64,000 nt of DNA, taken from contig CAVPOC010000005.1 of assembly GCA_963706955.1 (NCBI GenBank), positions 64,001 through 128,000 on the forward strand, written 5' to 3'. A program made the position numbers and the translations under genes. Position 1 is the first letter of the stretch. Each line of letters starts with the position of its first letter. This DNA comes from an uncultured Verrucomicrobiae bacterium (GTDB lineage Bacteria; Verrucomicrobiota; Verrucomicrobiia; Chthoniobacterales; Terrimicrobiaceae). Shown in pieces: positions 32,171 through 41,954 of the stretch. The notes below the pieces were generated by a model that ran no database searches, was not told the origin of the DNA, and saw only the letters and a program-made list of their open reading frames with translations.

Positions 32171-32827
32171 TTAGTCACTAGCCTGATGGATGTCGTCTCG
32201 CTTTTCCTCAGCGGCGACCCGGGAACCAGTGGCAGCAGTGCGTAAATCGCGGACGAAGAGGTCATACTCGCGCTTGGCATCACCTCGGTCAGTGAGGCGA
32301 AGGAGAAGCGAGGGATGAATGGTGACAAATACTCTCGCCGCGATCGGTGAGGAGAACGAGCGTCCTCTATCTCTCAGCACACGCACTTTTGGGCCCAGAA
32401 TTGCGACCGTGGCAGTGGCACCAAGGCAGACAACCGTCTTTGGCCGGACAACTCGCAGTTCTGCTTCTAGCCACGGACGGCAGGCGGCGATTTCCCTTGC
32501 CGATGGTTTCTTATGAATCCGACGCTTGCCACGCGGTTCCCACTTAAAGTGTTTTACTGCGTTGGTCACATAGGTACCGCTCCGGGCGATGCCGGCATCC
32601 TCCAAGGCACGGTCCAGCAGCTTTCCAGCTGGGCCGACAAATGGCCTGCCGGAGAGATCCTCCTGATCTCCGGGCTGTTCGCCGACAATCATGATGATAG
32701 AGGATGGCTTCCCCTCGCCGAAGACGGTTTGAGTCCCGCTCTTCCAGAGAGGACAATTCTTGCAATCCGCAGCCGCCCGTTTGATCGCAGACAGGCTGTT
32801 GCTTTCGAGAACCGAATTGGGAATCAC
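32171..32827 (-). CDS. udgX: UdgX family uracil-DNA binding protein
   Basis: CKNCPL Fe-S ligands, GEQPGDQED, TNAVKHFK, R-loop GKRRIH, TIHPS. Confidence 0.9.
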   Translation of the reverse strand: MIPNSVLESNSLSAIKRAAADCKNCPLWKSGTQTVFGEGKPSSIIMIVGEQPGDQEDLSGRPFVGPAGKLLDRALEDAGIARSGTYVTNAVKHFKWEPRGKRRIHKKPSAREIAACRPWLEAELRVVRPKTVVCLGATATVAILGPKVRVLRDRGRSFSSPIAARVFVTIHPSLLLRLTDRGDAKREYDLFVRDLRTAATGSRVAAEEKRDDIHQASD

Positions 32828-32906
32828 TGCTGAATCTCAGCGGTGGGCCGCATCCTTGCCACAATCTAGCCATCGCGCACTTTCCGAGAGCAGGCAACCC
32901 GGCGCC

Positions 32907-33140
32907 CTACGCGCGATCGCGGATTTCTTTCGAACCAGCCTGGCTCGCGCAGTGGGCGCAGCAATATACGGTCGAGTTGACTTCCACCCCGTGTCCGATG
33001 ACGCGACATCCGCATTGCGCGCATGTGGGCGCAAGAGCTTGGATGGCACACTCAAAGGAATCAAAGGTGTGCGATTGGCCCCAGACCAGGATCTGAAAGG
33101 CCTTGTCGTAGTTGTTTCCACATGTTTCGCAAACGGGCAT
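32907..33140 (-). CDS. Prokaryotic metallothionein-like Cys-rich protein
   Basis: CETCGNNYDKAF, TFDSFECAI, APTCAQCGCRVIGHGVE, YCCAHCA. Confidence 0.85.
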   Translation of the reverse strand: MPVCETCGNNYDKAFQILVWGQSHTFDSFECAIQALAPTCAQCGCRVIGHGVEVNSTVYCCAHCASQAGSKEIRDRA

Positions 33141-33286
33141 AAATCCTCCTCGGTCTAATCGAACATCGGAACTCAGATGCACGGCGCGCTTGTTTTCACC
33201 CGGCGCCACATCTGGGGAAAGTCACTGCCGATCTCGCACGGTCGTTCGCCAACCGGCCGGGGCTCTGACAATCCTGGAGAACTGCC

Positions 33287-34136
33287 CTAGGCCGCCTTCT
33301 TGCGTTTTGAAGCGGTCTTGGATCTCGCGCTCTTGGCCTTAGGTTTGCGCGCCTTTTCCGCATGTCCAGTTTCTTGAATGCTCTTTTGCAGTATAGCCAC
33401 CAGGTCGACCACGTTGGACGGCCTCTTTTTCTTGGTTGGCGTGGGAGTTGCCTTGTCTCCGTGCTCGATCTTTTCCTCGATCAGGTCCTTCAGAGCCTCG
33501 CGATAGTCGTCGGTATACTCTTTAGGTTTCCAGCCAGTGGACATGCTCTCGACCAGCTGCAAGGCCATGCGCATTTCGGATTTACCCACCGATTTCTGGG
33601 TCGGGGCTTTGAATTGGGAGGCATCGATCAATTCGTCTGGAAAGTGCATCAACTCCAACATCAGGCCTGAATTTTGCGGCTTTACGGCAGCCAAGTGTTG
33701 GCGCGCGCGAATCACCACTTTCGCAATGGCGATGCGGCCAGCCTCAACAAGCGCGTCTCGAAGAAGGACGTAAGCCTTCTGCCCGCCCTTCCCCACCTCC
33801 AGATAATACGGCTTGTAAAAGAGCAGTGGATCGACCTCCTTTAGCGCCACGAAATTGATGATGTCGACGGTTTGCGTCGCCTCGACATCAACGCGCGCAA
33901 AGTCTTCCTCCTTGAGAACGACATACTTTCCTTTCTCGGTACTCGTATCCCTTCACGATCTGATCCCACGGAACCTCCTTGCCATCGGTTTCGGCCACTC
34001 GCTTGTAGTTGATCGGACTATGATCAGATTTACGCAGCATCCGGAAGCTTAGCTCCTCTCTCGCGATGGCCGGATATAGCGACACCGGAATTGTCACCAG
34101 CCCGAAACTAATTGCCCCCTTCCAAAGTGGTCTCAT
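33287..34136 (-). pseudogene. ku: NHEJ Ku protein, frameshifted as assembled (+1 base near 33938)
   Basis: MRPLWKGAISFGLVTIPV...IVKGYEY in one frame, EKGKYVVL...YKPYYL...YTDDYRE...NVVDLVAILQKS in the next; removing one C from TAC-C-GAG joins them. Confidence 0.88.
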
Positions 34137-34742
34137 TTTCTCTGCCCTTCTGATTTCGAAGACTCCGGCTGCGACTGCCGGACATCTTTAAGGATGCGTC
34201 TAAGAAGGCTGAGGGCAGCGTCATGTCGCCCTTGGTGCAGCAGTTCAATGGCATCTTGCAGCTCGCTCTGAAGATCCTGGGCGGGCTTGACTGGCTCTGG
34301 AGGGGGTGGCGGGGCAGGGCTCGTGAACGGAATTATCTTCGCCGGCGAGGACGACTGAGTTTTCCTGTTGTCAGCCGCTTGTTCCTCTCTTCTTGATCGC
34401 TGTTGCTTTCGGGACGGTGCGCGAAGGAACCTGCGCGTCACCCTGCTCCAGGAGATCATACTTTATGGCAACCACGCTGCTGCCGGCAAACCGAGCCAAG
34501 GACTTTGGAAAAATGAGAAACTGTCTCGATTGGCCCGCACTAAAACCGATCGAGCCGCGATCCATCTTTCCGCGAGTTCGCCCCTGCTCGATAGTCATAA
34601 CACGATTCTGTTTGATGGCGCTCTGAAGCACTTTGTCGTTTTCAGGCGCTGTGAGGAGAACGTGAACGTCAGGGCGACCGGCGGCCTCAACGATCGCAGT
34701 GAATCGTGTGGTTTTTATCGGCTCTTGGACCTGGGTCTTCAT
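34133..34742 (-). CDS. Hypothetical protein upstream of ku, possibly one gene split by a frameshift (ORFs 34371-34742 and 34133-34459)
   Basis: Two overlapping protein-like ORFs on the same strand; the downstream one lacks a good start and ends overlapping the ku ATG. Confidence 0.5.
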
Positions 34743-35028
34743 TGCTTTTGATCGAGGAAGTCAGCGATAGTCGTCGATAGCTTTTGCTGAGGCTCGCCTG
34801 TCTTCGCGATAAGAGCTTGTTAGGTGTCTTATTGAAAGTTCGCAATTCCCGACGCCTTCGGCCGTTCCTTTGCTTGTACCGACGCGTTGGCGGATCGGCA
34901 GGTGCCTCCGCAGCCACGGTCGCCTTTAAACCGCGTTGCACGAATCTTATTTCGAATGCCGGAGCTGGAGTATTGCCATACAATCAAGAGCGTGCTGCGA
35001 TGCGATTCCAAGTAACCCGTGAAAAGCA

Positions 35029-35379
35029 ATGACAAATAACATCGACAGGCCAGACGACGAACGATCTCAAGAGTCATTCGAGATTGCTCAAGGAGCAACT
35101 GAAGACGCGCTGCGCGCTGGCAGGAAGTATCTTAGCGAAAATCCCATTCCAATCATTTTAGGCACGTTGATCGCAGGAGCGATTCTAGGCTTTCTTCTTC
35201 GACCAACTCCTCCCAAGCCGCCGGATCCCGCTCAGGCAGTGCGGGAATGGTTCGAAAAAGCCTTGGAAGAGTTGATCGCCAAATCGCCCGTCTCCAAGAA
35301 GCAAATGCGCTCAATTCAGGGAGACTTGGCAGATCGGGCCGAGGGTCTCCAGAAAAAGTTGCGCTTCTGGTGTCACTGA
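35029..35379 (+). CDS. Hypothetical membrane-anchored protein (ElaB/DUF883-like)
   Basis: YLSENPIPIILGTLIAGAILGFLLR segment. Confidence 0.65.
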   Translation: MTNNIDRPDDERSQESFEIAQGATEDALRAGRKYLSENPIPIILGTLIAGAILGFLLRPTPPKPPDPAQAVREWFEKALEELIAKSPVSKKQMRSIQGDLADRAEGLQKKLRFWCH

Positions 35380-35420
35380 CGACGGCTATTATCCCAGGAC
35401 AGCCGACTCCCTCATCTGTC

Positions 35421-35990
35421 CTACGCGCGATCTCTTTGCGGCAGAGGCGATGCCTTTAGGATCGCGCCGAACACGCGCCTCTTCTCGGACAAAAGCACTT
35501 CGACAAACACACCCACGAACAGACCCCAGACGAGGTGCACGAGGAACATTAATGCGTTGCGTGAGAGTGGGTGTTTGGTTGCAGGATTCAGCACTCCAAG
35601 GGCTGGAAGGAGTCCGAAATAGCCTGCAAGCCAGAGAAGCGCCCCGAAGATGGGCCCCTTAATCAGCGAACTCCCGGGAACCCGCCATTCTGCAAGTGAA
35701 TAGAGAACTGCAGCCATCGCCCCATAAGAGAAGTGGTTGATGAGAGTTAATGCCGCCCGCGCATCCGGGCCAACCTTCTTGTCGATACCCAGGCTCTCCA
35801 TCAGGTTCATGGTAATTTCCCGGGGAGGCAGTGAATAGCGGTGTTTTGGAGGAAGCAGCCGGTGCAACCAGATCATGCCAATCGTCATCGGGCCGGTGGC
35901 ACTTACGCCTCCCAAGGCGCCAACGAGCGAACGGAGCAGAGTGCGTGTCGAGTCCTCGCCAGGCGCCCGGGTCTTGTGAATTGAGGGCAT
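35421..35990 (-). CDS. Hypothetical multi-pass membrane protein
   Basis: Four hydrophobic segments, LPPREIT, HFSYG, HLVWG. Confidence 0.7.
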   Translation of the reverse strand: MPSIHKTRAPGEDSTRTLLRSLVGALGGVSATGPMTIGMIWLHRLLPPKHRYSLPPREITMNLMESLGIDKKVGPDARAALTLINHFSYGAMAAVLYSLAEWRVPGSSLIKGPIFGALLWLAGYFGLLPALGVLNPATKHPLSRNALMFLVHLVWGLFVGVFVEVLLSEKRRVFGAILKASPLPQRDRA

Positions 35991-36044
35991 CTACAACGGC
36001 TTCGTAGCGTAACTTAGCCCTGGACGTGTGGAGGACTCGACGCC

Positions 36045-38459
36045 TCAAGGATTTTGCTCTAAAGCATGACCGAGGACTTGATCGACGTTTTCAGCCGGCA
36101 CGAAACGCATTTTTTCGCGCGCTTCAGTGGGCACATCGATGAGATCTTTCTCGTTCAGCTTGGGGATGATCACGGTATCCACACCCGCCCGCATTGCCGC
36201 GAGACTTTTCTCCTTGAGACCTCCGATCGGGAGCACCAACCCTCGCAAGGTAATTTCTCCTGTCATTGCGACGTTGGCACGAACACGGCGATTGGTGAAA
36301 AGCGACGCCAGGGCCGTGAACATCGCAATTCCGGCCGAGGGACCGTCCTTGGGAATAGCTCCGGCCGGAACGTGCACATGGATGTCAGTGTCCTTAAAAA
36401 CCTCCGTATCGATGCCCAGCGTTTCCGCCCGAGCTCGCAAAAGACTCAAGGCGGCTTGCGCCGACTCTTTCATCACGTTGCCGATCTGGCCCGTGAGGGT
36501 GATGCCACCTTTGCCCGGGTAACGAATCGCCTCGATATACAAGACTTCGCCGCCCGTCGGAGTGTAGGCAAGTCCTGTGACCACCCCGGGAATATCAGGT
36601 TTCAGCCCCTGCTCCCGGACGTAGCGGGGAGGACCCAAGAGCACCGTCACGACCTCCGGGGTGACCGCCACCTTCTCCTGCTCGCCGCGAGCGATCTCTG
36701 CAGCTACCCCACGGCAGACAGCCCCAATCTGGCGCTCGAGCTCACGCACGCCAGCCTCGTGCGTGTAATCGCTGATCACGCGTCTGAGCGCTAATTCATC
36801 CCATTGGCATTGCTCAGGCTTCAACCCATTCTCGGTAAGCTGACGCGGCACGAGATACCGTCGGCCGATTTCCAGCTTTTCCGTCTCCGTGTAGCCAGGG
36901 ATCTCAATCACCTCCATCCGGTCACGCAAGGCGAGTGGAACCGGATCCATGTAGTTCGCCGTCGCTATGAAAATGACCTGGGAAAGGTCGAAGGGCACAT
37001 CCAGGTAGTGATCGACGAAGGAATGGTTCTGCCTCGGATCAAGAACTTCGAGGAGAGCGCTCGCTGGATCGCCCCGGAAATCTGCTCCGATTTTGTCGAT
37101 TTCGTCGAGCATAAGGACTGGGTTTCGTGTTCCGACACGTCGCAGCTCCTGGATGAGACGACCTGGCATGGAACCAATGTATGTTCGACGATGCCCGCGG
37201 ATCTCAGCCTCATCGCGAATTCCGCCCAGGCTCATGCGGGAGAACTTGCGCCCGAGAGCATCAGCGATTGATTGTCCGAGACTGGTCTTTCCCACGCCTG
37301 GGGGACCAAGGAAACAAAGGATCGGTCCGCGGCCTTCGGGATTTAGTTTGCGAACGGCAAGGTATTCGATGAGCCGACGCTTCACCTTTTCGAGGCCGTA
37401 ATGATCGCGATCGAGGATTCTTCGCGCTTCATCGAGGTCGATGACGTCTTCGCTCATCTTTTGCCAAGGGAGATCGGCCAACGTCTCGATGTAACTGACA
37501 ATGACTGAGAATTCCGGGCTTGCCGGTGGAATGAGATCCAGACGTTTCAACTCCCGTTCGGCTTGCGCCATGACCTCGGCGGGCGGATGTGCCGCTTCGA
37601 GTCGGGTTCGTAATTGGATGGCTTCCCCGCCCGTCTCGCCTTCGCCAAGTTCCCGCTGGATGGCCTTCATCTGCTCCCGCAGATACGTCCGTCGCTGTGC
37701 CTCTGAGAACTGAGATGCCAAATCCTTCTGCAACTTTTGCTGAATCTGTGCAATTTCGAGTTGGGCGGCGATGTGGGTCTGGACCGCCGTGACACGCCGG
37801 GCAACGTCCACCTCCTCCAAGAGAGCTTGTTTTTGCGCCGAATCGACGTTCAGGTTGGTAGCCAGAAAGTCAGCGAGCTGTCCGCCATCGGTGATGTTCA
37901 GCAGAACAGCCCGCGCCTGATCCGGAATGTCCGGCGAAAGTTCGATGATCTTCATTGCGTTTTCGCGCAAGTTCTTGATCTCGGCCTCCCATTGCTTGCT
38001 ATCCGCGGGCGGTGCGGAACTTTCGAGAACACGAATCTCCGCCTTGAGAAATGGATGCGTTAAGATGAATCGAGTGATCTCAATTCGCTGCAGGATCTGG
38101 ACAATAATAAGGATTGTCTCGTCGGGCTGCCGGAGAAGCTTGATGACGTTGCCCGCGGTTCCGACCGTGTAGAGTTCTTCAGGAGCCGGATCGTCTTTGA
38201 TAGCATCGCGCTGGGTGACCAGCCCGATGACCTTGCTTTCCGGCAATGAAGCATCCAGGAGTTTGAGTGAGGCCTCTCGGCGAATCGTCAGAGGAACCAC
38301 TGTGCCGGGAAATGCGACCATGTCCCTGATCGGCAGAATCGGCAAAGTGTCGGGGATGGCCGGCTGTTCATCTTTCGGAACATTTCCGGGCAAAGACGGC
38401 AGCCCTCCGGGCGAAGGTGTCCCGGAACCTTCCTTAACCACAAACGGTTCCTCGATCAT
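36045..38459 (-). CDS. lon: ATP-dependent Lon protease
   Basis: GPPGVGKTS, RRTYIGSMPG, DPASALLEVLD, PKDGPSAG (catalytic Ser), PIGGLKEK. Confidence 0.97.
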   Translation of the reverse strand: MIEEPFVVKEGSGTPSPGGLPSLPGNVPKDEQPAIPDTLPILPIRDMVAFPGTVVPLTIRREASLKLLDASLPESKVIGLVTQRDAIKDDPAPEELYTVGTAGNVIKLLRQPDETILIIVQILQRIEITRFILTHPFLKAEIRVLESSAPPADSKQWEAEIKNLRENAMKIIELSPDIPDQARAVLLNITDGGQLADFLATNLNVDSAQKQALLEEVDVARRVTAVQTHIAAQLEIAQIQQKLQKDLASQFSEAQRRTYLREQMKAIQRELGEGETGGEAIQLRTRLEAAHPPAEVMAQAERELKRLDLIPPASPEFSVIVSYIETLADLPWQKMSEDVIDLDEARRILDRDHYGLEKVKRRLIEYLAVRKLNPEGRGPILCFLGPPGVGKTSLGQSIADALGRKFSRMSLGGIRDEAEIRGHRRTYIGSMPGRLIQELRRVGTRNPVLMLDEIDKIGADFRGDPASALLEVLDPRQNHSFVDHYLDVPFDLSQVIFIATANYMDPVPLALRDRMEVIEIPGYTETEKLEIGRRYLVPRQLTENGLKPEQCQWDELALRRVISDYTHEAGVRELERQIGAVCRGVAAEIARGEQEKVAVTPEVVTVLLGPPRYVREQGLKPDIPGVVTGLAYTPTGGEVLYIEAIRYPGKGGITLTGQIGNVMKESAQAALSLLRARAETLGIDTEVFKDTDIHVHVPAGAIPKDGPSAGIAMFTALASLFTNRRVRANVAMTGEITLRGLVLPIGGLKEKSLAAMRAGVDTVIIPKLNEKDLIDVPTEAREKMRFVPAENVDQVLGHALEQNP

Positions 38460-38851
38460 GAAGTAAGGCGCAATGGAAGTTCGATCCAGAGCAGGCCGTC
38501 GCGCTGCTCGGCGGTGACCTTCTCAGGAATTACGTCCGCCGGAAGACGGACCTCCCGGGCAAAAGGCCCGTTGTCAATTTCGAGAGCGAGTATCTGCTGC
38601 GGACGGGACGATACCGGTTCGGGAGTTCGCCGTGTTCCTTTCAGAAGCAGCCTGCGGGGTTCGATTCGGAGATCGATATCCGCCCTCGGCACCCCAGCGA
38701 GCTCAAAGCAAATGCGAATGCAACCTTCGCAGCGATAGGCGTTCATGGGCGGTTTCCAGCCCTCCGGTTGCGTGTAGCGAGCGCTGGAAAGCTCGTAGGC
38801 AAGACCTTCCAACTGGTTGTGAAACCATTTAAGTTTAACGACTTTTTCCAA
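38456..38851 (-). CDS. Hsp20/alpha-crystallin family protein
   Basis: WKPPMNAY, ELAGV, GPFAREVRLP, DGLLWIELP; overlaps the lon start. Confidence 0.9.
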   Translation of the reverse strand: MEKVVKLKWFHNQLEGLAYELSSARYTQPEGWKPPMNAYRCEGCIRICFELAGVPRADIDLRIEPRRLLLKGTRRTPEPVSSRPQQILALEIDNGPFAREVRLPADVIPEKVTAEQRDGLLWIELPLRLTS

Positions 38852-39200
38852 GAGATGATTCTAGTTTGGCCACAAATTGCCTTCGTATGTTGGAAATCCT
38901 GCGGCCCGTTCGATTGCCATTTTCAAGTTCGTAACTCTGTTGCCATTGTCCTTTTTCCAGAGCCAGTGCTTCCACCTTGTTGGCTTCAGATCCGGAATCT
39001 CAGAGAAATTTCTCCTGATGAACAAGCCTAGCTTCCACCGCCTTTCTTGCAAGTCTCGGGCGGGAGATCGCGACCGTGCACAGGCCTGTTGCTCATTTGG
39101 CGGTCCAGCTCGACCAGTTGCGGCAGCGACGAAAGGAAAATCGCGTCCCAAAATTGCCTCGGCATCATCCTCGTTCATAGTATCGTTCCCAACCCGAAAG

Positions 39201-39836
39201 ATGAACTGCGCTTTTTTGTTGATCCACGTCCTGCGTGGCGGAAGACTCGTGTTGATCCTGACTGTGCTGTCTTTGATTGGCTGTTCCTCATTTTCCGAAC
39301 TCGACACAACTTCGCTCTCGTCGATGACCCAGTCGGTCCCGGAGTTCGGAAGGCGGTCCTTGAATAGTGTGACACGCTCGGTGCCCGAGCTGGGCATGGT
39401 TACGGATCAGGGCACCTCTGGCCGGTCAATTAGCGTGCGCCTCTCCGATCAAAGAGCATTTCTTTACAAGAGGGGCGAAGTCGTGGCCATCTCTCCCGCT
39501 TCGACCGGAAGAGAAGGCTATAATACGCCCATAGGCAGGCACCGCGTGATCAGCAAGGATATTGACCATCGCTCTAGCATTTACGGTGCGTATGTTCGCG
39601 ATGGTCAGGTGGTCAAGGCCGGTGTGGATGTGCGGAAAGATCCCAAGCCGCCCGGCGCCGTCTTCGTTGGCGCGCCAATGCCTTTTTATCTTCAAATTGC
39701 GCCTTCATACGGACTGCACGCCGGCCACGTTCCTGGATATCCGGCTTCTCACGGATGCATTAGGCTGCCGGCTCGATGGGCAAAACGCTTCTACCACGCC
39801 GTTAAAGTAGGAACACCGGTGCAGATTTACCGTTAG
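39201..39836 (+). CDS. L,D-transpeptidase (YkuD) family lipoprotein
   Basis: LIG-C lipobox, ASTGREGYNTPIG, GLHAG, ASHGCIRL. Start uncertain. Confidence 0.85.
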   Translation: MNCAFLLIHVLRGGRLVLILTVLSLIGCSSFSELDTTSLSSMTQSVPEFGRRSLNSVTRSVPELGMVTDQGTSGRSISVRLSDQRAFLYKRGEVVAISPASTGREGYNTPIGRHRVISKDIDHRSSIYGAYVRDGQVVKAGVDVRKDPKPPGAVFVGAPMPFYLQIAPSYGLHAGHVPGYPASHGCIRLPARWAKRFYHAVKVGTPVQIYR

Positions 39837-39867
39837 CTGGCGGGCATGCCGGAACCTCGTTTCGCTT

Positions 39868-40446
39868 GTGGAATCTGATCGTGCGAATGAACTCCAGTCC
39901 GAAATCGAACTCTTAAGGAAAGTCGGCCAGGGGGATCGCCGCAGTTTCGAGCAACTTTACGAGCGATTTTCCGGAGTCCTCTTCTCCATTGCCTATCGCA
40001 TGCTCAAAAGTCAGGAAGCGGCCGAGGATGTTTTGCAGGACGTCTTCGTTCAAATTTGGAAGAAGGCGCCTCTGTTCGATCCTGCTCGGGGGCGGCCGAT
40101 GACATGGGCAGTAACTCTTACCCGCAACAAGGCAATCGACTTGATGCGTTCCGCGCAGCGGCGCTCCGGCTTACATGAGACCATGCATCAAGAGAACGAA
40201 ACCTTTAGCCGCTTCGACGATCGGAGCTCGTTCGATGCGGTCGCTTCGGACGAGATGTGGAAGTTGGTGCGCGACGCCGTCAAGAAACTCTCAAAAGAGC
40301 AGCGGCAAGCGATCGAACTCGCTTTCTTTGCTTCAATGACCCAAACAGAGATCGCCGAGCACCTTGACGAGCCGCTCGGCACCATCAAAGCCCGCATCCG
40401 TCGAGGGATGCTGGCGCTTCGCGAGATGATCGAGCCCCAGCTGTAA
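39868..40446 (+). CDS. ECF sigma-70 factor (SigK-like)
   Basis: AEDVLQDVFVQIW, RNKAIDLMR, LAFFASMTQTEIAEHLDEPLGTIKARIRRG. Confidence 0.92.
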   Translation: MESDRANELQSEIELLRKVGQGDRRSFEQLYERFSGVLFSIAYRMLKSQEAAEDVLQDVFVQIWKKAPLFDPARGRPMTWAVTLTRNKAIDLMRSAQRRSGLHETMHQENETFSRFDDRSSFDAVASDEMWKLVRDAVKKLSKEQRQAIELAFFASMTQTEIAEHLDEPLGTIKARIRRGMLALREMIEPQL

Positions 40447-40484
40447 ACAGCCGGAGCTCAAGAGGCGCTGCCAACCCTGCTTCC

Positions 40485-41060
40485 CTATGCTCGCTCGAGA
40501 CCAGAGAGCTCGCGTTCACGCGCCACCAGCCACAGCGGCTCTCCCGATTCGTCACGAATCGGAGTAATGGAGATCTCAACCCAGTAGGGAAGACCGCTCT
40601 TATGGTAGTTCAGAATCGTTTCGCAGCAGGCGCGACATGCGTGCACCGCCTCCCGAATGCGGGCGGCCGTTTCGCGATCGGTCTTCTCGCCTTGTAGAAT
40701 CGGGCCCAGCTTTTTCCCGCGAAGTTCCTCCAGCGTGTACCCACACATTGCGCTGAAGGCTGGATTGACCCATTGCACTAGGCCGTCTGGCCCGGACATC
40801 ACCATGGCCTCCGGCTGGAACTCCTGCGGAGTGTTCGAAATGGCCGCAAAGATCCGTGCCTTGGCATCTGGAGTGGGGCCAACTCCGCTGCGATCCCGCG
40901 CGGCCAAAGTCACCGCAGCCCCCACTTCGACCATACGGCCAACGAATTCGCGAAGCTCATCGTGAAACTCCACCACAACCTCGAACTGCTCACGCTGCCT
41001 GCTCGTCATTACGCCGGCGGCGTACAGTGCAGCTTGTTCCTGAAGAAGTTCACTCAGCAT
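40485..41060 (-). CDS. Anti-sigma-like N-terminal domain fused to a PAS (LOV-like, lacking the photoactive Cys) domain
   Basis: N-term EQAALYAAG...QFE...ELREFV...PTPDAKARIFAAI; C-term VNPAFSAMCGYTLEELRG...LQGEKTD...NYHKSG.PYW...ITPIRD. Confidence 0.75.
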   Translation of the reverse strand: MLSELLQEQAALYAAGVMTSRQREQFEVVVEFHDELREFVGRMVEVGAAVTLAARDRSGVGPTPDAKARIFAAISNTPQEFQPEAMVMSGPDGLVQWVNPAFSAMCGYTLEELRGKKLGPILQGEKTDRETAARIREAVHACRACCETILNYHKSGLPYWVEISITPIRDESGEPLWLVARERELSGLERA

Positions 41061-41094
41061 CGGTGTGCAAAGAATTCAGCTATTTGACGGTTAA

Positions 41095-41120
41095 TACGCT
41101 TGCAAGCCGGATTTGGATTC
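41095..41120 (-). promoter_or_regulatory. Candidate ECF promoter GAATCC-N16-CGTA for the anti-sigma/PAS gene
   Basis: Read on the minus strand 34 nt upstream of ATG 41060; same motif and spacing as two other copies nearby. Confidence 0.55.
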
Positions 41121-41143
41121 TTGGAGCCGATAAGGATACGAGA

Positions 41144-41169
41144 AACGTTTGCCGCGCCTGACTGGATGC
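41144..41169 (-). promoter_or_regulatory. Second candidate ECF promoter GCATCC-N16-CGTT
   Basis: Tandem copy of the motif on the minus strand. Confidence 0.45.
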
Positions 41170-41201
41170 AGCCGAGCGGCAAATTTAACGAAATAGATTC
41201 T

Positions 41202-41227
41202 GCACCCAACGATGATCCTCCGGCGTT
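41202..41227 (+). promoter_or_regulatory. Candidate ECF promoter GCACCC-N16-CGTT for the fasciclin gene
   Basis: Plus-strand copy about 60 nt upstream of ATG 41287. Confidence 0.45.
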
Positions 41228-41286
41228 CCGTTTTCAGACATGAGCACTTCGCTCTGCGAGAACACAAAGAAAACATCCAATACATT

Positions 41287-41769
41287 ATGAAGAAAATAAC
41301 TCATTTCGCATCATTCCTCTGTGCGATTCTGCTGCTGACGCAGGCTCCTCTGCACTCAGCCGAACAGAAAACCATTGTCGCCGTCGCTTCCGACGCAGGG
41401 CAGTTCAACACGCTTGTCACTGCTATCAAGGCTGCGGGATTGGTGGAAACTCTGAACGGAAAAGGGCCATTCACGGTCTTTGCACCCACCGACGAAGCTT
41501 TTGCCAAATTGCCAAAAGGCACCGTCGAGGATCTGCTCAAGCCGGAAAATAAGGAGCGTCTGGTAGCCGTTCTTACCTACCATGTCGTCCCGGGCAAGAT
41601 CATGGCATCCGATGTGGTCACCACCGATGCCAAGACGGTAAATGGTAAGAAACTTCCGATCAAGGCGGACGCCGGAAAGGTGGAAGTAGGGAAGGCGAAC
41701 GTCGTGAAGGCGGATGTTCCGGCCAGCAATGGCGTCATCCACGTGGTCGACGGAGTACTCATTCCCTAG
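41287..41769 (+). CDS. Secreted fasciclin (FAS1) domain protein
   Basis: Signal peptide, GPFTVFAPTDEAF, LTYHVVPG, ASNGVIHVVDGVLIP. Confidence 0.93.
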   Translation: MKKITHFASFLCAILLLTQAPLHSAEQKTIVAVASDAGQFNTLVTAIKAAGLVETLNGKGPFTVFAPTDEAFAKLPKGTVEDLLKPENKERLVAVLTYHVVPGKIMASDVVTTDAKTVNGKKLPIKADAGKVEVGKANVVKADVPASNGVIHVVDGVLIP

Positions 41770-41954
41770 CCACGAATGCTTTGTGTGCTGCGGGTGAACG
41801 CCTTCGCCCGCGGCACGCAACCCTTCTCCCCCCAAATTCTCCGAATTTGATCCCTGTTTTGGGGGCTAATCATTGCCCTCTACCGAACAAGATATCCAGC
41901 TCAGTCCCGAAGACTCGCCGCATCCAGCAACAAACAGCGACAAGGTCGCCTTTT

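Noticed and set aside
40485..40800. Blue-light LOV photoreceptor
   Set aside because: The photoactive GxNCRFLQ cysteine and the conserved signalling Gln are absent; called PAS only.
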